This document shows, in pieces, positions 28,701-43,100 of a DNA stretch of 64,000 bases (its first letter is position 1; every line of letters begins with the position of its first letter). This DNA is from Rhizophagus irregularis (taxonomy: Eukaryota): NCBI RefSeq assembly GCF_026210795.1, contig NC_089434.1, forward strand, positions 1,364,001 to 1,428,000. Reading direction: 5' to 3'. The notes under the pieces are model-generated. The model searched no databases and was not told the origin of the DNA. It saw only the letters and a program-made list of their open reading frames with translations. The position numbers were made by a program, and so were the translations under genes.

Positions 28701-31700
28701 GTTCAAGTTCAAGTTGACTTTTTGACCGAAAGATTAAATCAATTAAATCAGGAGATAAGGCAACAGACTAAGATATTAAGTGACATTGAAGAGAAGATAG
28801 CAGCGGATTCTAAAAAGCAAATATTGCAAGACATTGTTAGTTTTTTTGTTATCGTGTTTATATAAATTTGAAATATATATCTATTTTTTTTTTTTTAACT
28901 TTTTTTTTTTTTCTTTTAGTCACAAACTATACAAAACACCACCGCTATTTTATCACATAAAAGGAATGTTATTCAAGAATATTTAAATAATTTAGAAGAA
29001 ACACTAAATAAATCAGGAACGAAATATGTTGAGGAGGGAAGTGATGATAATGAATCAGATGACGAGAAAGTCAACTCTAGTTTTAATTCTCCATTATGGG
29101 CCGATTCTCATGGTCATTTTGGGCATTTTGGGCATAAATTTATTATTCACAATGCTGAAGCCTTATGGAACAATTCACTACGTAATTTATTGTATAGATT
29201 TCTGAATCTTGCTGAACAACAGCTAGGTATATCATATTATATGTCAACGAGCGCAGTTAAATTTATAAGGGATTTACAAAAGAAGATTCAACAACAAAAA
29301 GAAAAGGAGGCTTATGAAAAATCATTAAGGCAAGAAAGGGATTCAATATATTCCATTGGATTGGATAGTTATGATTTTGATGCTCATATGGCAGCTGAAA
29401 TGTTAAGGAAATTGGTTGGAGAACAAGAGATAAGTTTTGTTGTACCTAATGAAGTTCTTGCAGAAGAAGCTACTAATGATCAAGGAAAATCAAAAAATAC
29501 GTATGATGGTATTCCCGAAGGTTATTCACCACGTAAAGATATTTTCCTTCAACTTATTAATCCTCAAATTAATTTACAATGTGATAAAGATCCGGATTCC
29601 AGCATAATAATGTGTATAGAGAGAGCTCAGCTTAAGTCATTTTCAATAGTGGAAGATTGGTCTAAAGGTGATTTGATTAATGAAGTGGTGAAAACTAGGA
29701 CATTCTTTGGTATAGATAATGCTCAAATTTTTACGAGTACTAAAAAAGATTTTTTGAATGATTATTATTCAAAGATTTTGTCCGCAAATAATTATGGTGC
29801 TAAAGGTCCAGAAAATTGGCCCGTGTGGGTTCCAATGGAAGCATTAATTAGTAATAGTGCTTTACCATTTCAACGAATCGTTAAAAGAACTTCTGCAACA
29901 ACTCGATATGATAAATTTAACAATTTACGTATAAAGGGTAGTGATATTAAAAAGGATGGAAAAGATAAAAATAATATTGAACAAGAATCTGATAAATTAG
30001 GAGTTAATGATTCTAAGAAGGAAGAATTTGATAAAAGGATGGATTCTTTACATATAGATGTTCCAAATATTAAAATATCAGCAACATCTGATCAATATTG
30101 TATATTTTTTGATATTGTCACAGATTTATTCATGTATCGTGAACCTGCACAAAAAGAACGAGCTGAAAAGTTGGGAGCAATTTTACTTGCAGCAGATTTA
30201 GATAACCTTGAAGGTGTAGCTGAAAGAGTATCAGCTTTACAAGAACAAATTCGTCAATTGGATGATATTAGATTACAATATGAATTATACTCAACTGAAT
30301 TAGATGAGGAAGGATTGAAAGAGCTTAGTGCTGTAAATGTAGAATTAATAAATTTACAAGAAGAATTAGATCTTTTAATGAAAGCTATAACTGCTTCACA
30401 AGAAAAGAAACAGAAGGCAGAAAGTAAAATGCCGTTGAAACTTATAGCAACAGCAGATGAGGTAATTTGGGTTATGCAAGAAAATGACAGAAAACCATTT
30501 TGTGAATGGAAATTATCGAAAGCAAATTTTGGATGGGTGACAAAAGAAGGGAACGCTAGTACGAACATTTTAGAGATAGATCATGTCATCGTAACAAATA
30601 AGTTAACATCTCCCGTATTTGAAAAATTAATATCACCACATATAGATCCTCGACGTCCAGTAGATTTTAGTCGTAATAAAATGATAAGAGTTTATTGGGA
30701 AGAGTTGGAACCGGTGGCTGGAATTGCGATGGTTGAACATTTTGAAGTTAATATGGTTCCACTCAAATTTCAAATGCAATATGATATTGGAAAACTTATG
30801 ATGATGTATATATTCCCAGAAAAAAGGAAAGAATATATGATGAAACAAAATAACGTGAAAACAAATGAAAATGTTCAAGTTAGTTACAGTACAGAACAAA
30901 AGAGAAGTTCTATGGGTTCCGAACAAACGGCGAAATCATCAAAGAAAACAATAGATTCATATAGTGATAGTCTTATTTCTGAATCTCAAGAAATTGTTAG
31001 TGATGGATATGTAACTGTTTTTTCGGATGATAATTCCATGTCTTCCATGTCTATTAGTACAGGAATTGGTAAAAGACAATCATCAAAGACAGCAACAGAT
31101 GATTCGTATGAGCTAGAACTAATGAAAAAGAGAGCTTCCCAAAACAGAACATTCATTTATATAAAAGTTCCAGGTGTACAACATAATTTTAGCTATCAGG
31201 TAGTAAAAGTTATTTGGCGATTTTTGATTATAATATTATCTTCAAATTAATTTATTTTAAAAAAATTTTTTCATAGGGCGCAAAAGAAAAGAATTTTGAA
31301 GATATTTATGATTTTGTTTTCACAATGCCAACGTTGGAGTATCAAAACAAAACGTGGTCATGGTTAGACTTTTTGGAACATATCAAAAGAGGTAATTGCG
31401 TTATTTATATATGTTATATATATGCTCGTTTATTTTATATCCTATTATTTGATATTCACGTGTAATATGATGAATATTATTTAGATATTCTTCGTAGCAT
31501 CCTGTATCATACTGGTTCCTTGATAAATCAAAAATTCCGTGGTAGACCAACGAATGATAACTTAACTTCAAATGAAGCTGTAGTTCCTTCATTAGCCACA
31601 GCATTGGTAGCAGCTACAGCTAATGTTACTGCGTTGATGAATGAAGAAGGTACTAATAGTGATCATGATGAAGGATCAGACAAAGCTTCAGTTCTTAGTA

Positions 31701-31999
31701 GTGAAAGTCAAGAAAGTCAAAAGAAAGTATTAGGTATAAAGTAAGTATGAATTTATCTTCCTTTATTTATTCTTTAATATACTTAATAATTAAAATTTAT
31801 CGTATTTTTTTTTAATAGGATAAAAAAACATGATAAGAAAGATTCTATAACAAGATCAACTCCCTTTACAAATTTCTATATACACAAGGAAAGTATTGGA
31901 ACGATTTCAACTAACACAAGATCCATTGACTCATCCGCAGAAAACGAAAATGAAAAAGGAAAATTATTATTTGGTAAATTATATAATGAAAGTAGATAA
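22796..31999 (+). CDS. FMP27: FMP27/Hobbit (BLTP2/KIAA0100) bridge-like lipid transfer protein, multi-exon
   Basis: N-terminal TM anchor; motifs DDPFESKL, RDYPLPL, GFWDKMR, KGTRDPY, NWPVWVP and FEVNMVPLKFQ, plus an Apt1-type C-terminus (MKKRASQN..., WSWLDF); exons 22796-, 27792-, 28696-, 28920-, 31276-, 31485- and 31819-. Confidence 0.92.
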
Positions 32000-32595
32000 T
32001 CTTTTTGAAAATTTTATATATTTTATTTTATTTTTAATCGTTGTTAAAAAAGCTAGATTATTCTTATATTATACATATTTATTTATATACTACTGTGTTT
32101 ATATATTTATTTTAGAATTAATAATAATAAATAAATTATTGATTAGTGGAATTATTAATTTGTTAAACTTCTTGTACTATACATTAAATAATTGTTTTTA
32201 GATGATTTATTATATATTCGTTTGAAAAAAATGTGAAGATCAGGCGCAGTTATATTATGTGTTTCATGTTATGTATGGTTTTATTTATCACATCGTCACA
32301 CCCTTGTCCGAGTTTCACTATTTATATTTATCTGAGGGACTTTATTTTTTCAAGTAGATGAAATTCTATTTGTCACGTTTTATTCATCACATACTAAATT
32401 CTTCGATCACGTGTCAGTGCATAACGCCGGCCGAGTTCGAAGAATTTTCTGGGTAGTTTTAACTGCCTATGTATCTATTTTAAACTATTTGTGTGGCAAT
32501 CAAAGAAAGCTTCACGTGATAAACGATCGACTAGCCCATTTCATTTTTTTATATCAAATAAAAGCCAATTTTTTTTTACAAAAAATATTTACATT

Positions 32596-35013
32596 ATGTC
32601 TGTTATTCGAAAAGGGTTAGTTTTTACAACAATTAACGCGGCAATTTATTCAACAGATGTCGATATTCACGATGATATACATAAACAATTTGAATTTAGA
32701 AAACACAAAGTTCTGGCTGATAAAATTCTTACAAATGATGAAAAAAATTGATGCAATAAGAATATTAACTATAACTTATGATCGAGATAAAGTTAGGGTC
32801 AATTATGGTACGAAAAGAATTTGTGAAAATTGTAACCAAGAATGTTTAGCTACATTATATTGTGAACATTGTGTTCGAAATTATTTAAAAAAAAAATTTT
32901 CAAATTGGACATCTGGGAATGATGATATTGATAATATAATCCAGAGATGTCAAATGGAATCACTCGGACCACAGAATATAGTTGAATGGATTCCATATAA
33001 TAATTTAGAAAATATTAAATATCTAACAAAAGGTGGTTTCTCAGAGATTTATACAGCAGATTGGGTTAATGGAAGATATATTAAATGGGATTCTGAAAAA
33101 CAACAATTAAAAAGATCTCGAAGTCGTGCAGTAGTACTTAAAGGATTAGAAAATGTTGAAAGTGCAAATAAACATTGGTTTGAAGAGGTTTGTAAAATTT
33201 TATTCCTAAATTTATTTAAAAACAATTAAAGCATCATATATAATTATAAATTTTTAATTTTTATAGGCTAAATCACATTTAACTATAAATAATAAATGGC
33301 CAGACATTGTTCGATGTTATGGAATGACACAAAATCCATCAAATGGAAAGTATATGCTTGTAATGTATAAAATGGATATAGATTTAAGAAATTATCTACA
33401 ACAAAATCACAATCAACTTACATGGAAGGGTAGGATTAAAATTACTTATGAAATAATTCTTTCACTTAGTTATATTCATAATGAGAAAGCAATTCATAGA
33501 GATTTGCATTCTGGAAATGTATTATATTCTCAACTTTATAATGATTGGTGCATTAGTGATCTTGGATTTTGTGGACCTGCTGATAAATCATCAAAAAGTA
33601 TATACGGTAATCTTCCTTATATAGCGCCTGAAGTTATTGTTGGAAGAGAATATACATTTGCATCTGATATTTATAGTATTGCAATGCTTATGTGGGAAAT
33701 TTCATCCGGAAAACCATCATTTATAAATTATGAACATGAAAATGATATTGTAATGAATATTATTAATGGTATAAGACCAAAAATTGTGCCAGGAACTCCA
33801 TTAGAATATAAAAATTTAATGATACAATGTTGGGATTCTGATCCATTAAAAAGGCCTGATACTAAGACACTTGAAGAAAAAATGGGTAAAATCAATTTAT
33901 ATTATCAAAATATGCCAGATGAATTATTACAATCAGAAATGGATGATTTAAAAATGAATAAAGTAGAAGAAAATTCTACAAGTAGCAGATTATTTACAAG
34001 TAAAATTCACAACTTTGAAAATCTACCTGAACCAAGAAATGTAACAGAAGGTATAAGTGTATAATATTTTATTAGTGATTCTAAAATCTGTATTTTATAA
34101 TAAATTATTGATTTACCTTTTTTTGAATTAAATTATAATAGAAGAACAAGAAGGTATAATTTAATAATTTTTTGTCGTTTTTTAATTCATTATAATATAA
34201 TAATCTAATTTTTAAAAATACCTTATCTTATGATAGCATTTCATAGTAAACCATATGATTTTAACATTCCTAAAAATAGTAAGTATTGTATCTATTAATG
34301 TTGCCATTAATCTAATTTTTTTATAATGATAAATGTTTATAATTGAATTAATATTTGTTTTTAGTTAACGATGATTTTAATGGATTAAATAAGCAGTATA
34401 GTAAGAAATTATTAAATATCTTTAAAAGGTGGATTATTTGAAATAATAAATATTAAAATCAATTAATTTTAGGTGACAGTAAAAAATTGTCTAGCGAATT
34501 AATAAATTCAAATGGTAAGTAAATAAGGAAAATAAAATATTCATTATATCAATTTTATTTATTAAATAACGCGACTTTTATTTTAAATCAATATGACGAA
34601 AAAGAAATAATTCAACAACAAATGAAAAAGAAAAGTATTGATAATGATGGTAAGCAATAATAATGATAATAATTATTTTGTCAATATATTAATTTAGTGT
34701 GGCTTTTATAAATGATCAAAAAGAAATGATTCAACAAAAAATGAAAAGACAAAATTTTGGTGATATTGATGGTAGGCGAAACTTTTGTAACAATAGTTTC
34801 AAATTTATATTATTTTTTAATTTATTATTTATTTTTTATAGATGATGACGATGTATATAGTAATCCAAACTTTCATTCAAAAGAACAAGATGACCTGGAA
34901 ATTCCTGATTGCAAGTTTTTATTTGCTTTAAAAAAATATTTACTATTATTTTTTTTTTATTTTTTACTAATTAGTATTTATTGTTATTTATTTATTCTTT
35001 AGACGAGTTTTAA
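32596..35013 (+). CDS. TKL-like Ser/Thr/Tyr kinase, copy 1 (frameshift in an A-run near 32741-32747)
   Basis: KGGFSEIY, HRDLHSGN, SDLG, YIAPE and SDIYS motifs. The N-terminus MSVIRK... is in a different frame because of one extra A relative to copy 2. Confidence 0.85.
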
Positions 35014-35220
35014 ATATTCCTTTTGTAATATCATTAATTATATTTTGAGGATTTTATTATTTATTTATGCTTTATTTTGAATTATTTAACCACTAAGACT
35101 AGAGTAATATTTACAAGATTCTTAGTTTGTAATTTAAATAATTATATAATAAAATTCGAATTATTAAATATGTAAATTATCACAAAAAAGAAAATATTTA
35201 TATGATTACAACTTCTACTC

Positions 35221-35520
35221 TAATTAGAATTTATCGTTTCTTTTTGATAGGATAAGCAAAACATGATAAGAGAGATTCTTTAACGAGATCAACTTCCTTT
35301 ACAAATTTTCATATACACGGAGAATAGTGGAACTATTTCAGCTAACACGACTCATTCGTAGAAATGAAAATGAAAAATGAAATTATTATTTGGTAAATTA
35401 TATAATGAAGATAGATAATTTTTTTGTAAATTATACATTTATTTTTATATTTATTTTTAACCGATTGTTGATAGAAAAGGTTAGAATATTCCTATATCAT
35501 ATATATACACATATTTATTT
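35221..35520 (+). pseudogene. Degenerate duplicate of the last FMP27 exon and 3' UTR
   Basis: Aligns by eye with 31788-32090 (CATGATAAGA.AGATTCT..., AAATTATTATTTGGTAAATTATATAATGAA), with indels. Confidence 0.85.
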
Positions 35521-36587
35521 ATTCTAGAAATTTACAATAACAGATAATAAAGTAGAACTATTAATCGTTAAACATAGTTGCATGGAATTATCATGATTTT
35601 GCGCGAAAATTTTTCGAATTCGTATCACGAGTAATACTATGTATTTATTTAAAAAAAATGATAGATTGTGTAAATTTCGTATTTGTTTGTATTAGACAAT
35701 TAATTAATTTTAGATAAATTTGAGTCACATAATTACAAAAAATAGTTAGCTTAAAATTTTAGCAGGAATTTATAGATTCAATGAATAGCAATACTATTAT
35801 TATTATGACGAAGTTACTAGTACATATACTTAATTCTCGATATAATCATTCATTCAGTTTTAATGTGTTTCTATCAAATTATATATTTGATTCGATTCTT
35901 AATTTGTAATCTATATTTTACACCAAAAGACAGAAATGAAAGCTCTACAGAAGCTCTTCTCTAACTTAGATGTGGTTTCTTTAATAAAAATAATATTTTG
36001 AACGATTTTTATAATTTCTAATATCCATTATTTGATATGTTGTTTATTTAAATAGATTCAATTTCTAAAACTTTTTTTTACCAACCATGTTTATTGATTT
36101 CTATTAAAATAAGATTTTGAAAATTACTATAAATTAATTAAATTAATTAAATTAGTTTAACAAATACACAATCATTTTGAAAGTTTAGATTTTTGTTTCA
36201 CCAAATTAAAATATAAATCTAGTATTAATCTATGATAGAAATCAAATTTGTCGCACATAAATTATATTTGCTATTAATTTTAATTACTGTGCTCAGAAAG
36301 GAGATTATATTATTATGCAAGTTCAAGGCGTCAAATATACTAACACTACAAGATCACAAAAATTTAATTTTTTTTTTTTAAAACGTAGTGACACTCTTTA
36401 TTAGATCTCACATAGGGGTGTGATCTAGCAGGTTATAGTCGTCGATCGACACCTCTATAGTTCGTCTATCTATAGTGGCACAACATAAATGTTCATTTGA
36501 TCAACAATTTGCATTTTACTAATTTATATCGAAGTGAACGAACGTGGAACACAATTCTTTCTTTCTTTTTAATTTATTGATTACAAG

Positions 36588-39019
36588 ATGTCTACTCTTC
36601 GATATGAATTAATTTGTGCAACAAATAATAAAACACTTACATTAACGGATATTGATATTCACGATAATATACATAAAAAATTTGAATTTAGAAAACAAAA
36701 AGTTCTTACCGATAAAATTCTTACAGATGATGAAAAAACTGAAGCAATAAGAATGTTAACTAAATATTATGATAGAGAAAAAATCCTATTTAATGATGGT
36801 ACAAAAAGAATTTGTGAAAATTGTAACAAAGAATGTCTAGCTACATTATATTGTGAATATTGTGTTCGAAATTATTTAAAAGAAAATTTTTCAAATTGGG
36901 CATCTGGAAATAAAGGTGTTGATAATTTAATCCAGAAATGTCAAATAGAATCACTTATACCAAATATGGTAGTTGAATGGATTCCATATAATAATTTAGA
37001 AAATATTAAATATTTAACAAAAGGTGGATTTTCTGAAATTTATACAGCAGATCGGATTAATGGAAGTTATTATGAATGGGATTCTAAGGAACAACAATTA
37101 ATAAGATTTGGAGATGAAGTTGTAATACTTAAAAGTCTAGAAAATGTTGAAAGTGCAAATCAAAGTTGGTTTGAAGAGGTCTGTATAATTTTATTCCAAA
37201 TCTATTTAAAAATTTAATATATTTTATATAGTAACTTTAAAATTTTAATTTTTATAGGCTAAATCACATTTAACTATAAGTAATAAATGGGCAGATATTG
37301 TTCAATGTTGTGGAATGACACAAAATCCATCAAATGGAAATTATATGCTTGTAATGTATAAAATGGATATGGATTTAAGAAAATATTTACAACAAAATCA
37401 TAATCAACTTACATGGAAGGAGAGAATTAATATTGCTTATGAAATAATTCGTTCACTTAGTTATATTCATGATGAGAAAGCAATTCATAGAAATTTACAT
37501 TCTGGAAATATATTATATTCACAATTAAATAATTCTTGGCGCATGAGTGATCTTGGATTTTGTGGACCTGCTGACAAATCATCAAAATGTATATATGGTA
37601 ATCTTCCTTACATAGCGCCTGAAGTTATCATTGGAAGAGAATATACTTTTGCATCTGATATTTATAGTATTGCAATGCTTATGTGGGAAATTTCATCCGG
37701 AAAACCACCATTTATAAATTATGAACATGAAAATGAGATTGTAATGAATATTATTAATGGTATAAGACCAAAAATTGTGCCAGGAACTCCATTAGAATAT
37801 AAAAATTTAATGATACAATGCTGGAATGCTGATCCATTAAAAAGACCTGATGTTTATGTAATTGAAGAAAAAATGGCTAAAATTAATTTATATTATCAAA
37901 ATATGCCAGATGAATTATTATTACAATCAGAAATAAATAATTTAGGAATAAATAAGTTTAGTAACATAGAAACAAATTATACGAGTAGCAGATTATTTAC
38001 AAGTAAAATTCACAACTTTGAAAATCTACCTGAACCAAGAAATGCAACAGAAGGTTTATAATATTTATTAAGGATTTATTATTTTTATTATATGATAAAT
38101 TATTGATTTACCTTTTTTTGAATTAAATTATAAAAGGAGAACAAGAAGGTATGAATTGATAATTTCTTGTCTTATAATAATTTATTTTTAAAATACTTTA
38201 TTTTACTACTAATAGCATTTCATAGTAAATTGTATGATTTTAACATTCCTAACAATAGTAAGTACTATATTATTAACTTTAACATTGTTGACTTATTTTA
38301 TAATGACATAGATTTATAATTGAATTATATTTGATTTTTTAGTTAACGATTTTAATGGATCAAATAAGCAGTATAGTAAGAAATTATCAAGTATAATTAA
38401 TAAATACTATTTATTGTTGAAATAATAAATTAAATATTAAATCTATATCTTAATTCTTAATTTTAGACGATAGTGAAAAATTACCCAAAGAATTTATAAA
38501 TTTGCAAATAAATTTAAAATAGTAAGTAATTAGCAAGTAAAGTATTCGTTGCGTCAATTTCATTTATTAAACATGACTTTATTTTAAATTAATATGACGA
38601 AAAAGAAATAATTCAACAAATAAAAGGAAAAATATTGATCGTGATGTTAAAATAAAATAAATAAATAAATAATAAATCATTATTTTGTCAATATATCAAT
38701 TTAATGTGGCATTTATTTAAATAATTAGACGATGAAAAAGAAATAATTCAACAAAAAATGAAAAGACAAAATATTGGTGATATTGATGGTAAGCGAAAAT
38801 TTTGCAACAAATAATTTCAATTTTATATTGATTTTATTTATTTCTTATAGATAATGACAAAGTATATAATAATCCAAATCTTCATTCAAAAGAACAAGAT
38901 GAGTTGGAAATTCCTGACGGTAAGTTTTTTCAATTGCTTAAAAAAAAAATTTACTATTGTTATTTTTTATTAATAAGTATTATTTATTGTTATTTATATA
39001 TTCTTTAGACGGGTTTTAA
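36588..39019 (+). CDS. TKL-like kinase copy 2, predicted pseudokinase (HRN in place of HRD)
   Basis: Paralog of copy 1 with similar exon structure; catalytic loop reads HRNLHSGN. Confidence 0.85.
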
Positions 39020-40192
39020 ATTTTCTTTTGATAATAAGTTAACGATAACATTATTATATTTAAAGATTTTATCATTTATTTTTACTTTATTTTTGAATTA
39101 TTTAAACACTAAGACTAAAGTAAGTTTGTAATTTAAATAATTGTGTAATAAACTCATTCAATAATCAATATATTCAATATATAAATTATCAAAAAAAAAT
39201 TCTATAATGATAACTTCCAAGCTATAATAATAACAATTTCACGAAATTTATTATTTTTTATTACTTTACATAAATTTTATGGCGTAAACATTAGTAATAA
39301 ATAATAATATAACAGATAATATCAAACTATCCATCAGATGGGATAAATCAATTTACGGCTAGATAACTAATTTCTATATTTTTAATTTGCTTTATTTCAG
39401 ATTTTATTATCAAAAATTAGTTTAATAGTACTAACTTTTATTAAAAATAGCATATTACGTATAATTTGAATATAATTTGTATTTATAATTATCGAGTCGC
39501 AAATAATTAATAAATAGAATTATTTGTAATAGTAAAATTGCTAAGCTACTCTATATACTTAATTCTCAAGTAAACTTTTACTAAATTGCTGATGCAATCC
39601 TTTATTTATGATCCATGAGAAATATTACTAATTCTACGAGTCTTGGATATGACATTTTGATAAGTATAAAAAATTGAGTAGTTTTTGATTTGATATCATT
39701 ATCTATTACATTGTTTTTATAGTTATAATTCCTTTTTAAAAATTTCGCGATCGATATTTTTTTTATAACAGTAAAGCAATGAAAAAAAAGGAATTTAAAC
39801 TTACATTATTTTTTTAATTTAATCGCTAGTATCACTTAATAATACTAAATAACTAGGGTAATTTGGTATTGTTAGTGAGTTATAATATAATTATTGCATT
39901 ATTCAGTAATTATTTATATATATTTTAAGTAATATAATAGGGTTTATATTAAAAAGTTGATTTGTATTTTGTATTTTTATCAAATAATAAATTTTATGGT
40001 TTATTTTGAGTTTATTAGTTTTATTAAAGAAATATTATATTTAATGATCAAAATGAATTGATCCTGTAACATGTTAAGTGATAATAATATAAAGATAAAT
40101 ATAAATATAATAGTTTGTATTAATTTTAGTAAAATATTAGATATGATGATAATGTTAAGTATAGTGATTTAAAAAAATTAGATTGGATGCTA

Positions 40193-43100
40193 TTATGATA
40201 AATACATTGTATTGAACTTCTCCTGTAATCTATTTAATTCTGACAACATTGCATCATCTACTTTTATTGCATTTGGATCAAAAGATTGGATTTCTAGATT
40301 TTCCCAAGATGTGGCACGACTTATTGCTACATAAGATTGCCCATGAGCAAACATTTGTTCATCCAATGATACAGTTACATGGGGTAATGTAAGGCCTTGT
40401 GTCTTGTGTACAGTTAGAGCAAATGCATTTTGAAGTGGAAATTGTGTTCGTTGTGCTGAAGCTCCATGTAAGTTAAAATAAGTTGTAATTTTTTCTACTA
40501 TAACTTGATTTATCCCATTATTTATTGGAAATGCCACTTCTACTTGATTTTCATTTATTAATTTAGTTACCACACCAATTGATCCATTACAAAGTTGTTC
40601 ATTAAATAATTTGTTAGTTAGAAACATTACTCTTGCTCCTTCTCTTATTATTAATTCAGATGGTAAATTAGTATAATGTCTAAATTGTTTATCATATTCT
40701 TTTGGTATACATTCTTTTTCATTAACATAATCAATAGCTGTAGAAATTAAAAATCCAGAGGAGATATCTTTAAAAATAGGAAGATAACCACAGATTAAAT
40801 TATTAATTGAATCTGCACTATGACGAAATCCAAAAATATAGGTAGTATCAGTTGACATTTCATTGTTACTTTGATATGATTGCACTTTTTCATCAATTAA
40901 TCTTCTTGTTTCTGAACTTATATTTCCTATTCGCATTTCTTCTAATATATTATAAAATGATCTAACTTGTTGGCGATGAGAAGTTGTAAGAAAAAGTGGG
41001 AAAAATTCTTGCCATTCTGGAGCATAAAAAACTTGTTTACCACTTACAGGTGGAAGTTGAGCAATATCTCCAATTAGTAAAGTTGGAATTCCACCAAAAG
41101 GTACTGGTGATTTGTTAATTTTTGCAAATAATGAACTAATAAAAGATAAAAGAATTGATGATACCATTGATACTTCTTCAATTATAATAGCTTTAATCTG
41201 GCTAAGTTTTTCAAATTGTTGATTATTATAATGAGATAATGTTTCAAAATAGGTTTGAGTATTTCTAATATATAGTGCTGAATGTATAGTTTTTCCATTT
41301 ACATTTTGTGCAGCAACACCAGTAGGAGCCATCAATAAATATTCAGTTTTTTTATCAGCTAAAAAATTTTTAATTAGATGTATCATAAAAGATTTACCAG
41401 TACCTGCTGAACCAGTTAGAAAAAAATAAGGATGTTTAGAATGTAATCTTTCTCCCCAACTATTTGTAAGTATATTCATTATTTTGTATTGATCTTCAGA
41501 AAGTAGCATAGATGAGAGATTTAAAGAGCGAATAGGTTGACGTAACAAATTATTTAACTGATTTCCAATAATTTCTTGTAAGTTTACATGCAATGAAGAT
41601 ATCAAATTATTAACTAAATTTTGATAATTATTTGTATATCTTTGAATATTAGATTGCATTGAATTTTGTACAAAATTTAAAGTTAATGAATATTCAGTAG
41701 GATATTTAGCTTCAAAATGAGCTTTATAAGTTTGATATAAGCTTTTTAAATCAGTTTCACTTCTAACAGGTAATCTAAGTAGTAATTGTTGATAATAAAA
41801 TGATTCTGATTGCTGAATTGTTAAATGTTGAAAACGTACAAGAATTTCTTTTTGTCTTTTTCTTACAAAGCAGTTTTTTTTATCTATATAATATATTCCA
41901 TTTTTTGGCTGACTTTTTTGTATAGTATAATTGCGATGATAAAAAGGATATGTCATACTATCAAATTCATTATCAGATGGACGATCAAAATATTTATCAA
42001 TGGCATCATCCCAATAGGGAGATAATTGTTCTTCTTGTTGTAATAAATAAAGTGGTTTTATAGATTTAGTTCTTATTTCAGGAGGAATAGAAGGAAGAAA
42101 TTCAACAGCAATTGATGATCGACATATTGAATATCCAAGTAAAAGAATCATTAATTCCATTGATCCAAGACGTCTTGCTAAAATATGTTTTCGAAATGCA
42201 TCAGGTTCAGAAATATCAAAATATTCTGATGGTTCAGATTTTGTAACATACTTAGTCATATATTTTGCAAATTGATGTGTTGTTACATATTGAAAATTAA
42301 TATGACCATTCCATAAAAATAATGTTGGTGCATGATATGGAATAACATATAAATCTTCTTCTTTAGTACGACGATAAATATATCTTAAGGAATTAGGATC
42401 TTCATGTGTAGTATCTGAATATGGTTGAGGAAAACCTTTTTTGCAACGTGAACCAGATGGAGCTGGACCTCCACAACGTGAATCACAAGTATGAATTTGA
42501 TGTTTTTTAACCAATTCATATAATTCTGGTTCAGAATTGGGATCTGGCATATCTGCTCTAATTACATTAGAATCAATTAATTCAGAAATTGATTTAGATA
42601 AATAAGCTATACCATGTGTATGAATTGCTCCACGATTTTGAAATTCATCACGTTCAAAATGATGTAACCAGTTACCCCAATCAGTTAAATTTGGATTTTT
42701 CCAAAGATATTGATGCATTGATGCTAAACGATGATGATAATGCAAGTAGGTATGAAATGGACGATTAGAAGGAAGGGGATCTTTGTTATCAGTTTTTAAT
42801 AAAATATTTTTTAAATGTGACCAATGATTTTCAGCCATAGTCATAGTATAAAAAATTTGTGGTAAACCAAATCCTTGAACCATAGTATTAATATGATGTT
42901 CTTTTTGGCGAAAATAAGAATCTCCTGTTCTAATATAAGAAGGTATAGTTGTTGTATTTTTTTCATTAATTATTGGACGTCCAGTATAAATACTATTGGT
43001 AATTAAATCTGCTGTTGTTAATTGATGTGATAGTGAAGTATTATATTGATTTAAAATTCGATTTCTATTTTGGTGATTTCTTAATTTTTCAATTGTTAAA

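Noticed and set aside
26767..30926. Minus-strand ORFs inside FMP27, and similar shadow ORFs inside the Polinton genes
   Set aside because: Antisense shadows of long real coding frames, with no motifs.
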